Shown one piece after another: positions 39,286-50,538 of a stretch of DNA of 64,000 bases; positions within the stretch are counted from its first letter, which is position 1; the number at the start of each line of letters is the position of its first letter. Source of the DNA: an uncultured delta proteobacterium. GTDB lineage: Bacteria > Desulfobacterota > Binatia > UBA9968. Under the pieces are notes generated by a model. It had not been told where the DNA came from. It saw only the letters and a program-made list of their open reading frames with translations, and searched no databases. The stretch spans positions 160,001 through 224,000 of the forward strand of contig CAWDPO010000003.1 in assembly GCA_963804165.1 (NCBI GenBank). The letters run 5' to 3'. Made by a program: the position numbers and the translations under genes.

Positions 39286-40301
39286 TTATGCTTGCGCGTC
39301 TTCGCGATAGTGGCCGATGGCGTCCATCAAGCGGTTTATCGGTCATCACGAAGAAGATTGCCGGATCTTTGGACGTATTCTCGTGGCGGTGGAAATTCCA
39401 GAGCGGCACGACGAACGAGTCGCCCTGTTCCCATTCGTAGCGCTTGTCGCCGACGTAGCTGACGCCGCTGCCGCGCCATACATGATAGATGACCGAACTG
39501 GTATGGCGATGGCTCTTGGTTTTTTCGCCGGCGCGGAGCATGTGAATCTGGCACTCCATGGTCGGCAAGGTCGGTCCTCCGGTCATCGGGTTGGCATAGT
39601 CCAACACGATGCCGTCATAAGGATCGCCCGGCTGCTCGCCGACTTTGTTCAAGGCGCTTTCCGTGTCGGCCCATTTGTAGCAGAAGGCGGGCGGCTGGAT
39701 CGAATTCTGTTTCATCCACGCCGGGCGCAGCGCGCCGACCGTGGCGAGCGTGTAACCTTCTGGCTTGGTCACCGTTTGTTTCTTGCGCGGGTCGGGCTCG
39801 TGAAAATCGGTTTCCAACAATCTGACCAGCGGCGCGTCGAGGCCATCGAGCCACATCATCGGTCTCGCCGTGGTTTTCGTGATCGTGCCAAGTCCAGCTC
39901 GGCGTGGTGACGAAATCGCCTTCGCCGATCTCGAAGGATTCGCCCTCGACGATCAGCCGTGTGCCGTGGCCTTTCAGGATAAAGCGGATCGCGCCGGCCA
40001 TGTGGCGGTGTGACAGAGCGTTTTCGCCGGGCTTGAGCAGTTGCAGATTGAGCACCAGCGTACGCGACGTGCCATTTTTGAGCGCTGGGTTCCAGAGCTG
40101 AATGACGCGGCGAAACGAGACATCCAGGCCGACAACGTCGCCGGCTTTTTCCATGGCGGCAAAAAGGTCTTTGCCTTTCCAAAAGCAAGCGTCGAAAGAC
40201 GGCACCGGCTCGCGATAGACATCGCCCTGCTGGTTCTGCCAATAGCCTTTGAAATTCTTGCTCTGCAGTTCTTCCTCGAAAGCTTTGAGTGCTTCGGACA
40301 T
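39286..40301 (-). CDS. Gentisate 1,2-dioxygenase-like bicupin; frameshifts ~39860 and ~39330
   Basis: LQLLKPGENALSHRH, TPSWTWHDHEN, WLDGLDAPLV, YANPMTGGPTLPTM, SHRHTSS, VPLWNFHRHEN. Confidence 0.85.
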
Positions 40302-40525
40302 GGCTTGTTACCTCTCGCTACGTAACTGTGCTATCTAGCTTGAGTCTAATAGCCGTTGCAAGGCAAGGGGGAAATTGCACTGATGAAGCGATGGTGCATC
40401 GGACTCGTGAGCAGGCCAGCGACCAACACATTCGCGGCGTCACGGCTGTTGGCAACATGGCAATTCGCCATGTGTTGCGCGTTGTTGCTGCGGTCAAAGA
40501 GCGACGAGAGGCACTCGGCTCGCCC

Positions 40526-41934
40526 TTACTCGATCACCTTGACCGTAATCATGTTGGTGGTGCCGGTTTGGTGCAGCGGAAGGCCGGCGGTGATCGCGAC
40601 AAGTCGCCCCGTTTGACTAGCCCGGATTCGAGCGCTTTCTTCTGCAGCACGCGAATCATCTCATCGGTGCTTTTGAATCCGCGTGATCGGTATCGGATAA
40701 ACGCCCCAGACTAAGCAGAGCATCTTGACCGTCTGCGGCTCGGGACTGACGGCGATGATCGGTTGCTGCGGCCGATAGCGAGCAATCAATCGCGCCGTGC
40801 TGCCGGAAGTCGTCGGTATCAAAAACGCTTTGACCCGCAGGTCGCGCGCCAGAGAGATGGCGCCCACACTGATCGCCTCCGGCACGGTCTTTTCGAGGCC
40901 GGAGAAGCGCTGCCGCGGTTCCAGAATCGTTTCGGTTTCTTCGGCGACTTGCGCCATGATTTTGACGGCGTCCAAAGGATAATCGCCTGCGGCGGTTTCC
41001 TCGGAAAGCATCAGCGCGTCGGTGCCGTCCAGAATCGCGTTAGCGATATCCGTCACTTCGGCGCGGGTCGGCCGAGGATTCCAGACCATCGAGCGCAGCA
41101 TCTGGGTCGCCGTGATGACCGGTTTGCCGAGATGATTGGCTTCGCGGATCATCATTTTCTGCATGGCCGGGAATGCGCTCCTGGGCGATTTCCAGGCCCA
41201 GATCGCCGCGCGCGACCATGATGCCGTCGACGTTTTCGAGAATGCTCGTCGATATGGTCCAGCGCTTCGTGTTTTTCGATCTTGGCGATGATGGGAATCG
41301 TCGCGCCGAGCTTTTGCATTTCGCGCCGGGCGTAAAGAATATCCTGGCTGTTGCGCACGAAAGATAGCGCGATCATGTCGACTTTCTCTTCGATGCCGAA
41401 AGCCAGATCTTTTTTGTCGTCGTCGGGTCAGCGCGCGGATGTTGAGACTACTGCTGGGAAAGTGAATGCCTTTGTGCGAGCCAAGAATGCCGCCGACGAC
41501 GATGCGGCACTTGACCTCGTGCTTGCTGACCTGCAGCGCTTCGAGCTCGATTTCGCCGTCGCCGAGCAGGATCGGATCACCTTTTTTGACGCGCGCGGTG
41601 AAGCCCGGCAAAGTTCACCGATACGGCGAGCTCGGTGCCGAGAATCTTTCGAGTGGTGAGCACGAAGGGCCGGCGGGTTTGTAGTCGCACGCGGTCGCCG
41701 GCGATTGCGCCGATGCGGATTTTCGGTCCGGGCAGATCTTGCAGAATCGCCACCGGCTTATCGAGCTTGCGCTCCAGTTGGCGAATTTTTCGAATGACGC
41801 GCCGGTGAAAAGCGTAGTCGCCGTGACTGAAATTGAGCCGCGCAACATTCATACCGGCGCGGATCAAGCCTTCGAGCATTTTGTCCGATCGAACAGGCGG
41901 GTCCGATGGTGCAGACGATTTTGGTTCTGCGCAT
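40526..41934 (-). CDS. pyk: Pyruvate kinase; multiple frameshifts
   Basis: MRRTKIVCTIGP, GMNVARLNFSHG, ILQDLPGPKIR, IIAKIEK, ATQMLRSM..PRPTRAEVTDIANAILDGTDALMLSEETA.GDYP, C-terminal GTTNMITV. Confidence 0.92.
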
Positions 41935-42053
41935 TTTGCATAATGTACACGAGCCGGTTGCAGAATCAACGAACGAGAGAGATGAGGGATTGAGAGTATT
42001 GGCCAATGATGGACTCATGCGTCTTCGAAACCCATCACGTCCAGTTTACTTTG

Positions 42054-42965
42054 TTAAATCCCGACGCTCCGCCATCGCTTAAGCCGCGGATCGAGGAGAT
42101 CGCGCAGGGCGTCGCCGAGAAGATTGATGCCGAGCACGGTGATGAAGATGCACAGTCCGGGAAATAGCGGCAGCCACCAGGCGGTGCTGATGTAGATGCG
42201 CGCGTCGGCGAGCATGGTGCCCCAGGTGGGAATCTCGGGCGGCACGCCGACGCCGAGAAAGCTCAAGCTCGCTTCGGCGATAATCGACGACGCCATGGCG
42301 AATGTGCCGATGACTAGCGAGGTCTGGATCAGGTTAGGAATAATATGGCGCGTGATGATCTGACGGTTGCTTGCACCCAGGCATTGCGCGGCCGTGACGA
42401 AATCCGCGATGGCGCAGCGACAAAGGTTTGCCCGCGCACGACGCGGCAGTAGGGAATCCAGCGCTGCGCCACCAGCGCCAGGATCAGATTGAACAAACCC
42501 TGACCGAAAAACGCCATGATCGTGATGCCGAGCAAGAGCGGCGGAAAGGCCCAGACGACTTCGACGAGTTTTTGAATCGCGAAGTCGACTTTGCCGCCGA
42601 AGTAGCCGGAAATCGCGCCGAGCGTGATGCCAATAAAACCCGAAACGAAAACCACCGCAAAGGCGACCAGCAGCGATACGCGGGAGCCATGAATCACGCG
42701 GCTTAAGATGTCGCGTCCCAGATTGTCGGTGCCGAGCACATGCGGCGCGCCGATGCCCTGCCGGCGCCTTCATCATCGCCGTGAGCTCCTGCTTGTTGGG
42801 ATCGTGGGGCGCCACGGCCGGGCCGATGATGCCCATTAAAATAAAAATCAAAACGATCACGCCGCCGCTAAATGCTTTGACGTGCAAGCGCGGCATCAGC
42901 CGCGGCGGCAGGCGCGCGTCCTTTTCAGTAGCGGATTCGAGGGTCAACGACTGCATAAAGTCCAT
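42054..42965 (-). CDS. Peptide/nickel ABC permease, DppC-like; frameshifted
   Basis: LGTDNLGRDILSRVIHGSRVSL, RHIIPN, AEASLSFLG, PTWGTML, INLLGDALRDLLDPR. Confidence 0.88.
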   Translation of the reverse strand: MDFMQSLTLESATEKDARLPPRLMPRLHVKAFSGGVIVLIFILMGIIGPAVAPHDPNKQELTAMMKAPAGHRRAACARHRQSGTRHLKPRDSWLPRIAAGRLCGGFRFGFYWHHARRDFRLLRRQSRLRDSKTRRSRLGLSAALARHHDHGVFRSGFVQSDPGAGGAALDSLLPRRARANLCRCAIADFVTAAQCLGASNRQIITRHIIPNLIQTSLVIGTFAMASSIIAEASLSFLGVGVPPEIPTWGTMLADARIYISTAWWLPLFPGLCIFITVLGINLLGDALRDLLDPRLKRWRSVGI

Positions 42966-43927
42966 CGATAATCAGATTGATCGCTACGAATGCCAGCGTA
43001 TAGGTCATAACGATACCCGTGACTAGCGGATAGTCACGCGCGTTGAGCGCGGTGATGAGCAAGCTGCCGCTGCCGGGCCACGAAAAAACGGTTTCGACAA
43101 TGATCGAGCCGCTGAGCAGCGTGCCGAGCTCGAGGCCGACGACCGTGATCACCGGAATGAGCGCGTTGCTGGTCACGTGGCGCCACACGACGTTTTTCTC
43201 GCGCAATCCTTTGGCCCGCGCGGTTTGAATATAATCTTCGTTCAGGACTTCTAAAATCGCCGAGCGCGTGACCCGCATCAAAATGCCGAGCATGTTCACG
43301 CCGAGCGCCAGTGCCGGCAGAAAGATATGGGTCAACGCGTCCCAAACCGCCGGCCAGTTTTTCTGCATGATGCTGTCGAAAATATAAAACCCGGTCTGTT
43401 CCGGTCCGGCAATGCCATAAGTGCTGCGGCCCGAAGTCGGCAGCAGATTCAAAACGCCGGCAAGCAAGAGAATCAACATGATCGCCAGCCAGAAACTCGG
43501 CATGCTGATACCGAAGAGCCCGAAGGTGGTGCCGACATTGTCGATCCAGGAATTGGGCCTGGAGCCGGACCACACGCCCAAGCGGGATCGCCAAAAGCGT
43601 CGCGATGAGAATTGCAAAGAACGCCAGCTCGATGGTCGCCGGCAGGCGCGTTTTGATCACGTTGATCACCGGTTCGGCATATTTGAACGACTTGCCGAAA
43701 TCACCGGCAGCCGCGGATTTGAGAAATTTTAAATATTGAACGTAAAGAGGCTGATCCAAACCCCAGCGTTCTTTCGCGCGCGCGACTTCCGCGGCGTTGG
43801 TTTCCTCGCCGAGGAGAAGTAGTGTCGGATCGCCGGGCGCGGCGTGGATCAGCAGAAAAACCAGCAAGCTGATGAGCAAGAGAACCGGCACCGTGCCCAT
43901 GAGACGTTGGGCGAGGTAGCTAGTCAT
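42925..43927 (-). CDS. Peptide/nickel ABC permease, DppB-like; frameshift ~43578
   Basis: APGDP, GLDQPLYVQY, RLPATIEL, SMPSFWL, YIQTARAKGL, IIVETVFSWPG, DPRIRY. Confidence 0.9.
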
Positions 43928-44005
43928 GGGAAAAAACTCGTTGCGCGGCAACGTGATAGGTTCTAATTTTTGCCGTCACGGCGCGCTGCGAGCCGAGATC
44001 GAATC

Positions 44006-44080
44006 GGAGTGTTGGAGAACTGGAGTATTGGGTTTTGTCCATCACTCCATCACTCCACCATTCCATTATTCCAACACCCC
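44006..44080. repeat. TGGAGTA(T/C)-tandem palindromic repeat copy
   Basis: GGAGTGTTGGAGAACTGGAGTATTGGG...CCATCACTCCATCACTCCA. Confidence 0.75.
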
Positions 44081-44087
44081 AATCCGT

Positions 44088-45612
44088 TCAGCGCTTCACC
44101 GCCATGTCGATTGCGTAGATGCGTGCATCCGGCAGCGGCTTGTAATCGACCCGCGCGTTCAGGCCCCAGAGCAGCTTGTGGCGCCACATGAAGCAAGCCG
44201 GCGCGTCCTCCGTCAGAATGCTCATCGCTTGCGATAAATATTGGCGACGCTTTTTCGGATCGAACTCCTGCTGTTCCTTGTCGAGCAGCTCGTCGAGCTT
44301 GGGACTGGAGTAACCGATGCGCGGGGTCTCGCCGCTGTGAAAATATTGGTGCAGCGCAGCGCTCGGATCCTGCACCGAACCGCGACCCATGTAATAAAAA
44401 GGTATCATGCCTTTCTGCACGCTCGCCCAAAGCGTCGCCCACTCCGGCGTGAGCAGCTTGGCGCGGAATCCGGCCGCATTGAGCATGGGAATCATCGCTT
44501 CGGTCAATTGCTTGTCCAGCGTGTAACGCCCGACCGGAGTCTGCAACTCGACGTCAACGCCGTTCGGATAGCCCGCTTGCGCGAGAAGTTTTTTTGATTT
44601 TTCCGGGTCGAAGTTCATCTTCGGCTTCAGATTGGGATCGAAACCGTATTGACCTTGGCCGATGGGGCCGTCGAGGCGGCTAGCGGAGCCTTCGAGAAGC
44701 GTGGCAATAATTTGGTCCCGATTGATCGAGTGGCAGACCGCTTGGCGCACTTCTTTTTTGTCAAAGGGCGGTTTGGGTTGCATCGCCAGAAACATGATTT
44801 CCACCGAGTCGGTCGGCGCGATGCGCAACTTGCTATTTTTCTCGACCCGTTGGCGCATGTGGGGCGGAATGAACTGGGCGATTTGAATCTCGTCATTCAA
44901 TAAAGCCGTGACGCGTTGCTCGGGCTCACGCATGATGCGGTACACGACTTCGTCCGGCGCTCGAGGATTCTTCTTGGCATCAGGATGATCGGGCCGTTTG
45001 AGGAGCACCAAGCGCTGCCCGGGAATCAGCTCTTTCAGTTGGTACGGGCCACCGCCCATCATATGTTCTCTGTCGGCGACGTCGCGGCCGTACTTGTCGA
45101 AAGCGGCTTTGCTCGTCACGATCAGCCGATCGCATAGAAATGACAGAAGTGGCGCCGTGGGTTTGTCGGTGGTGATCCTTGACTGTGAATTTGTCGACGG
45201 CCTCAGCTTTGACGACGGACGGCGCGACGGAAGCTTTCTGTTTGGACTGAGGATCGTTGATCACCCGATTTATGAGCGAATGGACGACATCCTCAGCGGT
45301 CACCGTCGTGCCGTCGTTGAATTTGTAATTCTTACTCAGATAGAAGTTCCAAGTGGTCGGGTTTTCCACTTTCCAGCGCTCGGCAAGACGGCCCTCGAAA
45401 TCACCCTTCGCATAATTGTAGGTACAGAAGGGGCCGGTGACTTCGCTAAAAATTCCATAAAGCAACGATACGCTGTCGCCATAGGGATTGTGCGTCTCGA
45501 TGGTTTCGGTAACGCCGATGGATACGCGCGTTTGTGCGCCTGATTCGACACTGTTGCACAGGAGCAAGGCAAGTGCCGCGAAAATCACCATGTAACCCCT
45601 TGAGCTTCTCAT
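44088..45612 (-). CDS. Peptide/nickel ABC substrate-binding protein (family 5); frameshift ~45180
   Basis: LAERW, FNDGTTVTAEDV, GGGPYQL, PFDKKEVRQA, FDPEKSKKLLAQAGYPNG. Confidence 0.9.
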
Positions 45613-45815
45613 GGTCCGTATCCTCCGCAAAATTCGAGTCGATCCGGGTGATCGATGCGAAATCATTTACAGCACGGGCGCGTGTTGTCAAGACGAGATA
45701 ATGTGTCGAAGCTTGGTTGTATTCGCGGTTGACAGGAGGAAAGCTCTAGGACTAATCGTTACTCAGAGTAAGGGTAAATGCGAACGGTCGCCAATTAACT
45801 AGCGAGGACGAAGTC

Positions 45816-46967
45816 ATGGCCAAGAACGGTTACAGGATTATCGATAGCGACATGCATGTATTCGAACCCCATGATCTGTATACGCAATACATGAATCCCA
45901 AGTGGGGCGATCGAATTCCGCGCGGACAGCCGAGAAAACGGCACGGCCAGATCAAGTTTACTTTCGCGGATGGAAAGCCGATCCGTCCGTCGGGCACGCA
46001 GGTGCTCGCCGCCACCTCGCCCAGGCAGGGTCGCGATGAAAGCTCACCCGGCGAAACTGAAGTCGCGCAGCGCTACGCGAAACCGCTGGCGCGCGCTTAC
46101 GACGCGGTCTCTCAGCTCGAGGCGATGGACGGTGAAGGCGTGGACGTCGCCGTTTTATTTCGGACCTTCCCGCTTCACTGTGATGATAGTTTGGAAGCGG
46201 AATATGCCAACGATTTGTGTCGAGCGTGGAATAGTTGGATGGCGGATTTCTGCAAAGCCGATTCGAAACGGCTGCGGCCGTCCGCATTAATTACCTTGCA
46301 CGACGTCGACCTCGCTGTCGATGAAGCGCGGCGCGCAATTAAAGAACTGGGCGCGATCGGCTTGTGTCTGGTACCGGAGCCGTTGAACGGCCGGCACATT
46401 CATGACCGCTGCTTCGATCCGGTTTGGCGCGAAGCGGAAAGCTTGGGCGTGCCGATTTGCTTCCACCCGGCGGCGAGTCCCAATCAAGACCAAGCCGTGC
46501 ACCGGTTCAAGGGGCATAGTAATGAAGCCGTGCTGATCAACGCTTTTCGTAATCCCGTGGAATTGATGCTTGCCGTCGGAAGTTTTTGCGCCGGCGGTGT
46601 GCTCGAACGATTTCCCAACCTTCGCGTGGCGTTCCTCGAGGGCAATTGCAGTTGGTTGCCTTGGGCCTTGTATCGCCTCGACGAGCGCTGGGAAATGCGC
46701 AAAGGCTACTGCAACGAGCCCATGAGTTTGCGGCCGAGCGATTATTTTCTGCGCCAGTGTTTCATTTCCGTCGACGTCGAAGAAGAGCTGGTTGTCGACG
46801 TGATCCGCCGCATCGGTGACAACAACGTGGTGATCTCGACGGACTATCCGCACGCTGACTCGCACTGGCCCAATGCGGTGAATCACTTCTTGGCCGTGGA
46901 GATACCGAGCGACGCGAGGAAAAAAATTCTATGGGACAACTGCGCGCGCCTGTATGGAGTTGATTGA
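45816..46967 (+). CDS. Amidohydrolase_2 family metal-dependent hydrolase/decarboxylase
   Basis: IIDSDMHVFEP, ICFHP, GGVLERFPNLRVAFLEGNCSW, STDYPHADS, NCARLY. Confidence 0.92.
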   Translation: MAKNGYRIIDSDMHVFEPHDLYTQYMNPKWGDRIPRGQPRKRHGQIKFTFADGKPIRPSGTQVLAATSPRQGRDESSPGETEVAQRYAKPLARAYDAVSQLEAMDGEGVDVAVLFRTFPLHCDDSLEAEYANDLCRAWNSWMADFCKADSKRLRPSALITLHDVDLAVDEARRAIKELGAIGLCLVPEPLNGRHIHDRCFDPVWREAESLGVPICFHPAASPNQDQAVHRFKGHSNEAVLINAFRNPVELMLAVGSFCAGGVLERFPNLRVAFLEGNCSWLPWALYRLDERWEMRKGYCNEPMSLRPSDYFLRQCFISVDVEEELVVDVIRRIGDNNVVISTDYPHADSHWPNAVNHFLAVEIPSDARKKILWDNCARLYGVD

Positions 46968-47013
46968 AAATACACTGCGATGACACGGCCCGCAAAGTAA
47001 GACTGTCTTAGAA

Positions 47014-47115
47014 TGTCATTCTGAGGAGTATGCGACGAAGAATCTGGTTTTCTTTTTTACGAGGGTTAGGAGATGGATCGAGAAAGCAGATCCTTCGCTA
47101 GCGCTCAGGATGACA
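47014..47115. repeat. TGTCA...TGACA palindromic repeat, intact (empty) copy
   Basis: TGTCATTCTGAG..CGAAGAATCTG...CAGATCCTTCGCTAGCGCTCAGGATGACA. Confidence 0.85.
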
Positions 47116-47273
47116 ACTAGAGAGTGCTGGCGGCATCTGTGCCCCCTGCTCAATGTTTCGAATGACCTTTGTAGGGGCAACTTCTTGTGAGTGCCATAGT
47201 CAAATTGGCATGTACCACGAAGGTCGCAAAGGGAACTTGGCGGTTAATTGATCTTTAAAGGAGCAATGACATC

Positions 47274-48212
47274 ATGGCGAATCACTTACCCTGCGGCATT
47301 GAGTTGCCACAGGTGTTTTTCGACGGTCCGGTCGACATGGATCATATCCGCAAGTTCGCGGCGCGGGCGGAGACGCTCGGCTATGACAGTCTTTGGCTGC
47401 AAGAGCGAATCGTCGGCGACTTCACGATGCTGGAGCCGGTGACGTTGCTGAGTTATGTCGCGGCCATCACGACAAAGTTGAAATTGGGCACTTCGGTCAT
47501 TCTATTGCCGCTGCGAAATCCACTGCAATTGGCGAAAGCTTATTCGACGCTCGATGTGATGAGCAACGGACGCGCGATCATGGGCGTCGGTCTCGGCGGC
47601 GGACATCTCGGTTCACATGAAGATCTCTTCGGCTACACGCGTGAAGGGCGGGTGACGCGCTTTACCGAAGCGGTGCAGATCATGAAGCTCCTCTGGACCG
47701 AACCGAAGGCGAGCTTCAAAGGCCGCTACTGGAACTTTAAAGATGTCTCGATGGAACCCAAACCGATGCAGCAGCCGCATCTGCCAATTATCTTCGGCGG
47801 CCATCACGAGAACGCGCTGCGCCGCGCGGTGAAGTATGCCGACGGCTGGATGGGTGCGGGCTCGTCGTCTTCGGGATCGTTTATCCGAGAGTCGGCGCGG
47901 CTTCGCGACATGCTCGCCGACGCCAAGCGTGACCCGGCGACGTTTCACTTCGCCAAACGGGTCTATCTCGCGGTCGATGGCGATAAGGCGCGCGCCGAAC
48001 GGCGCATCCGCGACTGGTTCGGCAAACGCTATAAAAATGCCGACCTCGGTCCAAAGGTTTCGATCTGGGGCGGCGCCGCTGAATGCACGGAGAAGATTCA
48101 AGAGATCGTCAATGCCGGCGCGCAGCAGATCGTTTTTAATCCGTTGTTCGACGAGATGGAACACTTGGAGGTCTGCGCCAAAGAGATCATGGTGGATCTC
48201 CGGGAGATTTGA
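47274..48212 (+). CDS. LLM-class flavin-dependent oxidoreductase
   Basis: AETLGYDSLW, LKLGTSV..LPLRNP, TLDVMSNGR, PKPMQQPHLPI..GG, ADGW. Confidence 0.92.
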   Translation: MANHLPCGIELPQVFFDGPVDMDHIRKFAARAETLGYDSLWLQERIVGDFTMLEPVTLLSYVAAITTKLKLGTSVILLPLRNPLQLAKAYSTLDVMSNGRAIMGVGLGGGHLGSHEDLFGYTREGRVTRFTEAVQIMKLLWTEPKASFKGRYWNFKDVSMEPKPMQQPHLPIIFGGHHENALRRAVKYADGWMGAGSSSSGSFIRESARLRDMLADAKRDPATFHFAKRVYLAVDGDKARAERRIRDWFGKRYKNADLGPKVSIWGGAAECTEKIQEIVNAGAQQIVFNPLFDEMEHLEVCAKEIMVDLREI

Positions 48213-48295
48213 GTTAATCGTAATGTGCCCGACAAACAAAACTTCACTAGAAATTTCCAACGTCAAATCCATGGAGATAGGAAAGGGTAGCTGTA

Positions 48296-49254
48296 ATGAC
48301 AAAATTGTTTCTCGCGTCACTGGTCTATTGTTTTCTCGCCGCGCCCGTCCACGCGGCGGACAAGATCCGGATTGGTTTTCCTGAATTCAACTCTTCGACA
48401 TTTACCCTTCCCTTGGCGCATATTAAAGGCTTCTTTAACGAAGAAGGGCTGCAAGCGGAGCTGATCAGGATTCGCTCCGCTGTGGCTTTGCCGGCGCTGA
48501 CTAGCGGCGAAATCGACTACCACACGGTGGTCGCTCCCGCCGTCAATGCGGCGTTGCGTGGCATCCCGGTCCGGGTCGTTGCTTGTTTTACTCCCGGACT
48601 TACCACTGCGATCATCGCTCGCCCCGAGATCAAGACGGTCCAGGATCTCAAAGGCAAGATCATCGGGCTCAACAGCATCGGCGGCGGACTGGAAAGCACG
48701 GTGCGCATGATGTTGAAGCACTACGGACTCGATCCCGACAAGGATGTAAAGTTTCTCGCGACGGGTGGGAGTCGAGACGCGCTTTGCCGCCCTGAAACAG
48801 GGATTGACAGTGGCGACGGCGGGCTCCACGCCGGCTGACTATCTGGGCAAGAAATTAGGCTACGTCGTGCTGGCGCGGGCTTACGATCTTTTCAGTTATC
48901 CAAACACAGGACTAGTCACCAGCGTGAAAAGTATCAAGGAAAATCCCGATCGGCTCAAGCGCGTGATCAGAGCCGGCATCAAGGCCAATCGTTACATACT
49001 GCAAAATCGCGAGGGAACGATTCAAGTCATGATGCAGTGGATGAGGATCGACAAGGACACGGCGACGGCAACCTACGACGGCTCGGTGAAATCATTCAAT
49101 GACGATGGCAGCAGTGTCCGAAGCCGGTTTGCGCATCGCCATCGACGAATCGAGAAAGCCGCGAATATCAACCCGCGAAGTGGCCTTCAGCGAAGTTGCG
49201 GATTTTTCGGTGCTGCGCGAAGCGCAGCAGGAGATGGGTATTAAAGACGAGTAG
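48296..49254 (+). CDS. ABC-type substrate-binding protein, NMT1/THI5-like; frameshifts ~48770 and ~49115
   Basis: KGFFNEEGL, DLKGKIIG, KRVIRAGIKANRY, ends ADFSVLREAQQEMGIKDE*. Confidence 0.85.
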
Positions 49255-49265
49255 GAGGAGAACTG

Positions 49266-50376
49266 ATGCCGCTGTAGAGCAGATTAAAGCTAAGCGTGCT
49301 GGCGTCGGCCTTCGCGCCTGTGATCGCGACCGTGCGTTTCCCGGCTATACTTTGTTCGCGCCGCAAAGCGGCAGTGGCAAAGTTTACCTGATCGACATTG
49401 ACGGCAACGTGGTCCACACTTGGCAGATGCCGTATCCACCCGGCAACTCCGGCTATCTGACTGAAAGAGGCACTTTGTTTTACAATGGAAAAATCATTGA
49501 ACAGTCGGATCGCTTTATCAGCCGGCAACCCTGGAAAGGCGGCGTTGTGCTCGAAGCAGATTGGAATGGACGAGTCCTCTGGGAGGTGCGCCAACCCGAT
49601 CATCACCACGATGGTATTCGGCTTCGTAATGGCAACATGCTGCTGATTTGCTTAGCGCGGTTGCCACAGCGATCTCGTTTCTCGGGTCAAAGGCGGTCGG
49701 CCCGGCACTGAGCACAATGGCGAGATGTATGCGGACTATCTAGTCGAGATGACGACGGATGGCCGTTTGGTTTGGGACTGGCGCACGTGGGAGCACCTCG
49801 ATCCGGTGACAGACTGCATCACCGCGATGCAAGATCTACGGGAAGCGTGGACGCATGCCAACGGTCTTGCCGAGATGGCGAACGGTGATATCGTTGTGAG
49901 TTTTCGTAACATCTCGACCGTCATCATCATCGATCGGAAGACGAGTGAGATTATCTGGAAGCTCGGCGCGCCGCCGCTCTCCGGCCAGCATGCGCCGATG
50001 CCGCTCCCGAACGGCAACTTGCTGCTGTTCGACAACGGTCCGCACCGGTTAGATCATACAATGACTTTTTCGCGCATTCATCGAAGTCGATTTGGCGACT
50101 AAGCAAATCGTTTGGAAGTATCAGGAGAGGCGGGAATACGAATTTTATAGCCCGCGGATTTCCAACGCTCGGCGCTTGCCGAACGGCAACACGTTGGTCT
50201 GCGAAGGGGACTTTGGCCGCTTCTTCGAGGTCACGTCTGAAGGCGAATTGGTTTGGGAGTACGTCAACCCCTATTTCGGCGAAGGACCAACTGGACTTAA
50301 TAATCGGGTATTCCGTGCCTACCGATACAGCGAAGAGGAAATTGCCAAAGCCAAAGCGACCGCGGAGACGCAGTGA
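49266..50376 (+). CDS. Aryl-sulfate sulfotransferase-like beta-propeller protein; several frameshifts
   Basis: GYTLFAP, YLIDIDGNVVHTW, HHDGIRLRNGN, WTHAN, GQHAP..LPNGNLLLFDNG, RLPNGNTLVCEG, VFRAYRY. Confidence 0.8.
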
Positions 50377-50538
50377 AAAATATTTCGCCATGCGCATTTT
50401 CCGCGGCCGCCGCCGACTATGGCTAAGTTGACCCCTACTTTGTTATCGGATACTTCTATTCGCGATAACAACAGCGGCGAGTTGTCATGCATCGCCGGAT
50501 TCGTTTCCAACAAGAATTGATCGAAGGAGTAACCCAGA

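Noticed and set aside
40370-40410. GAAA/CTGATGA and GCGATGGTG motifs resembling a hammerhead or fluoride riboswitch
   Set aside because: The motifs are in the wrong order and spacing, and the required stems are missing
40526-41934. Programmed frameshifting or pseudogenisation of pyk
   Set aside because: Multiple scattered indels are shared with unrelated neighbouring genes; assembly error is more parsimonious
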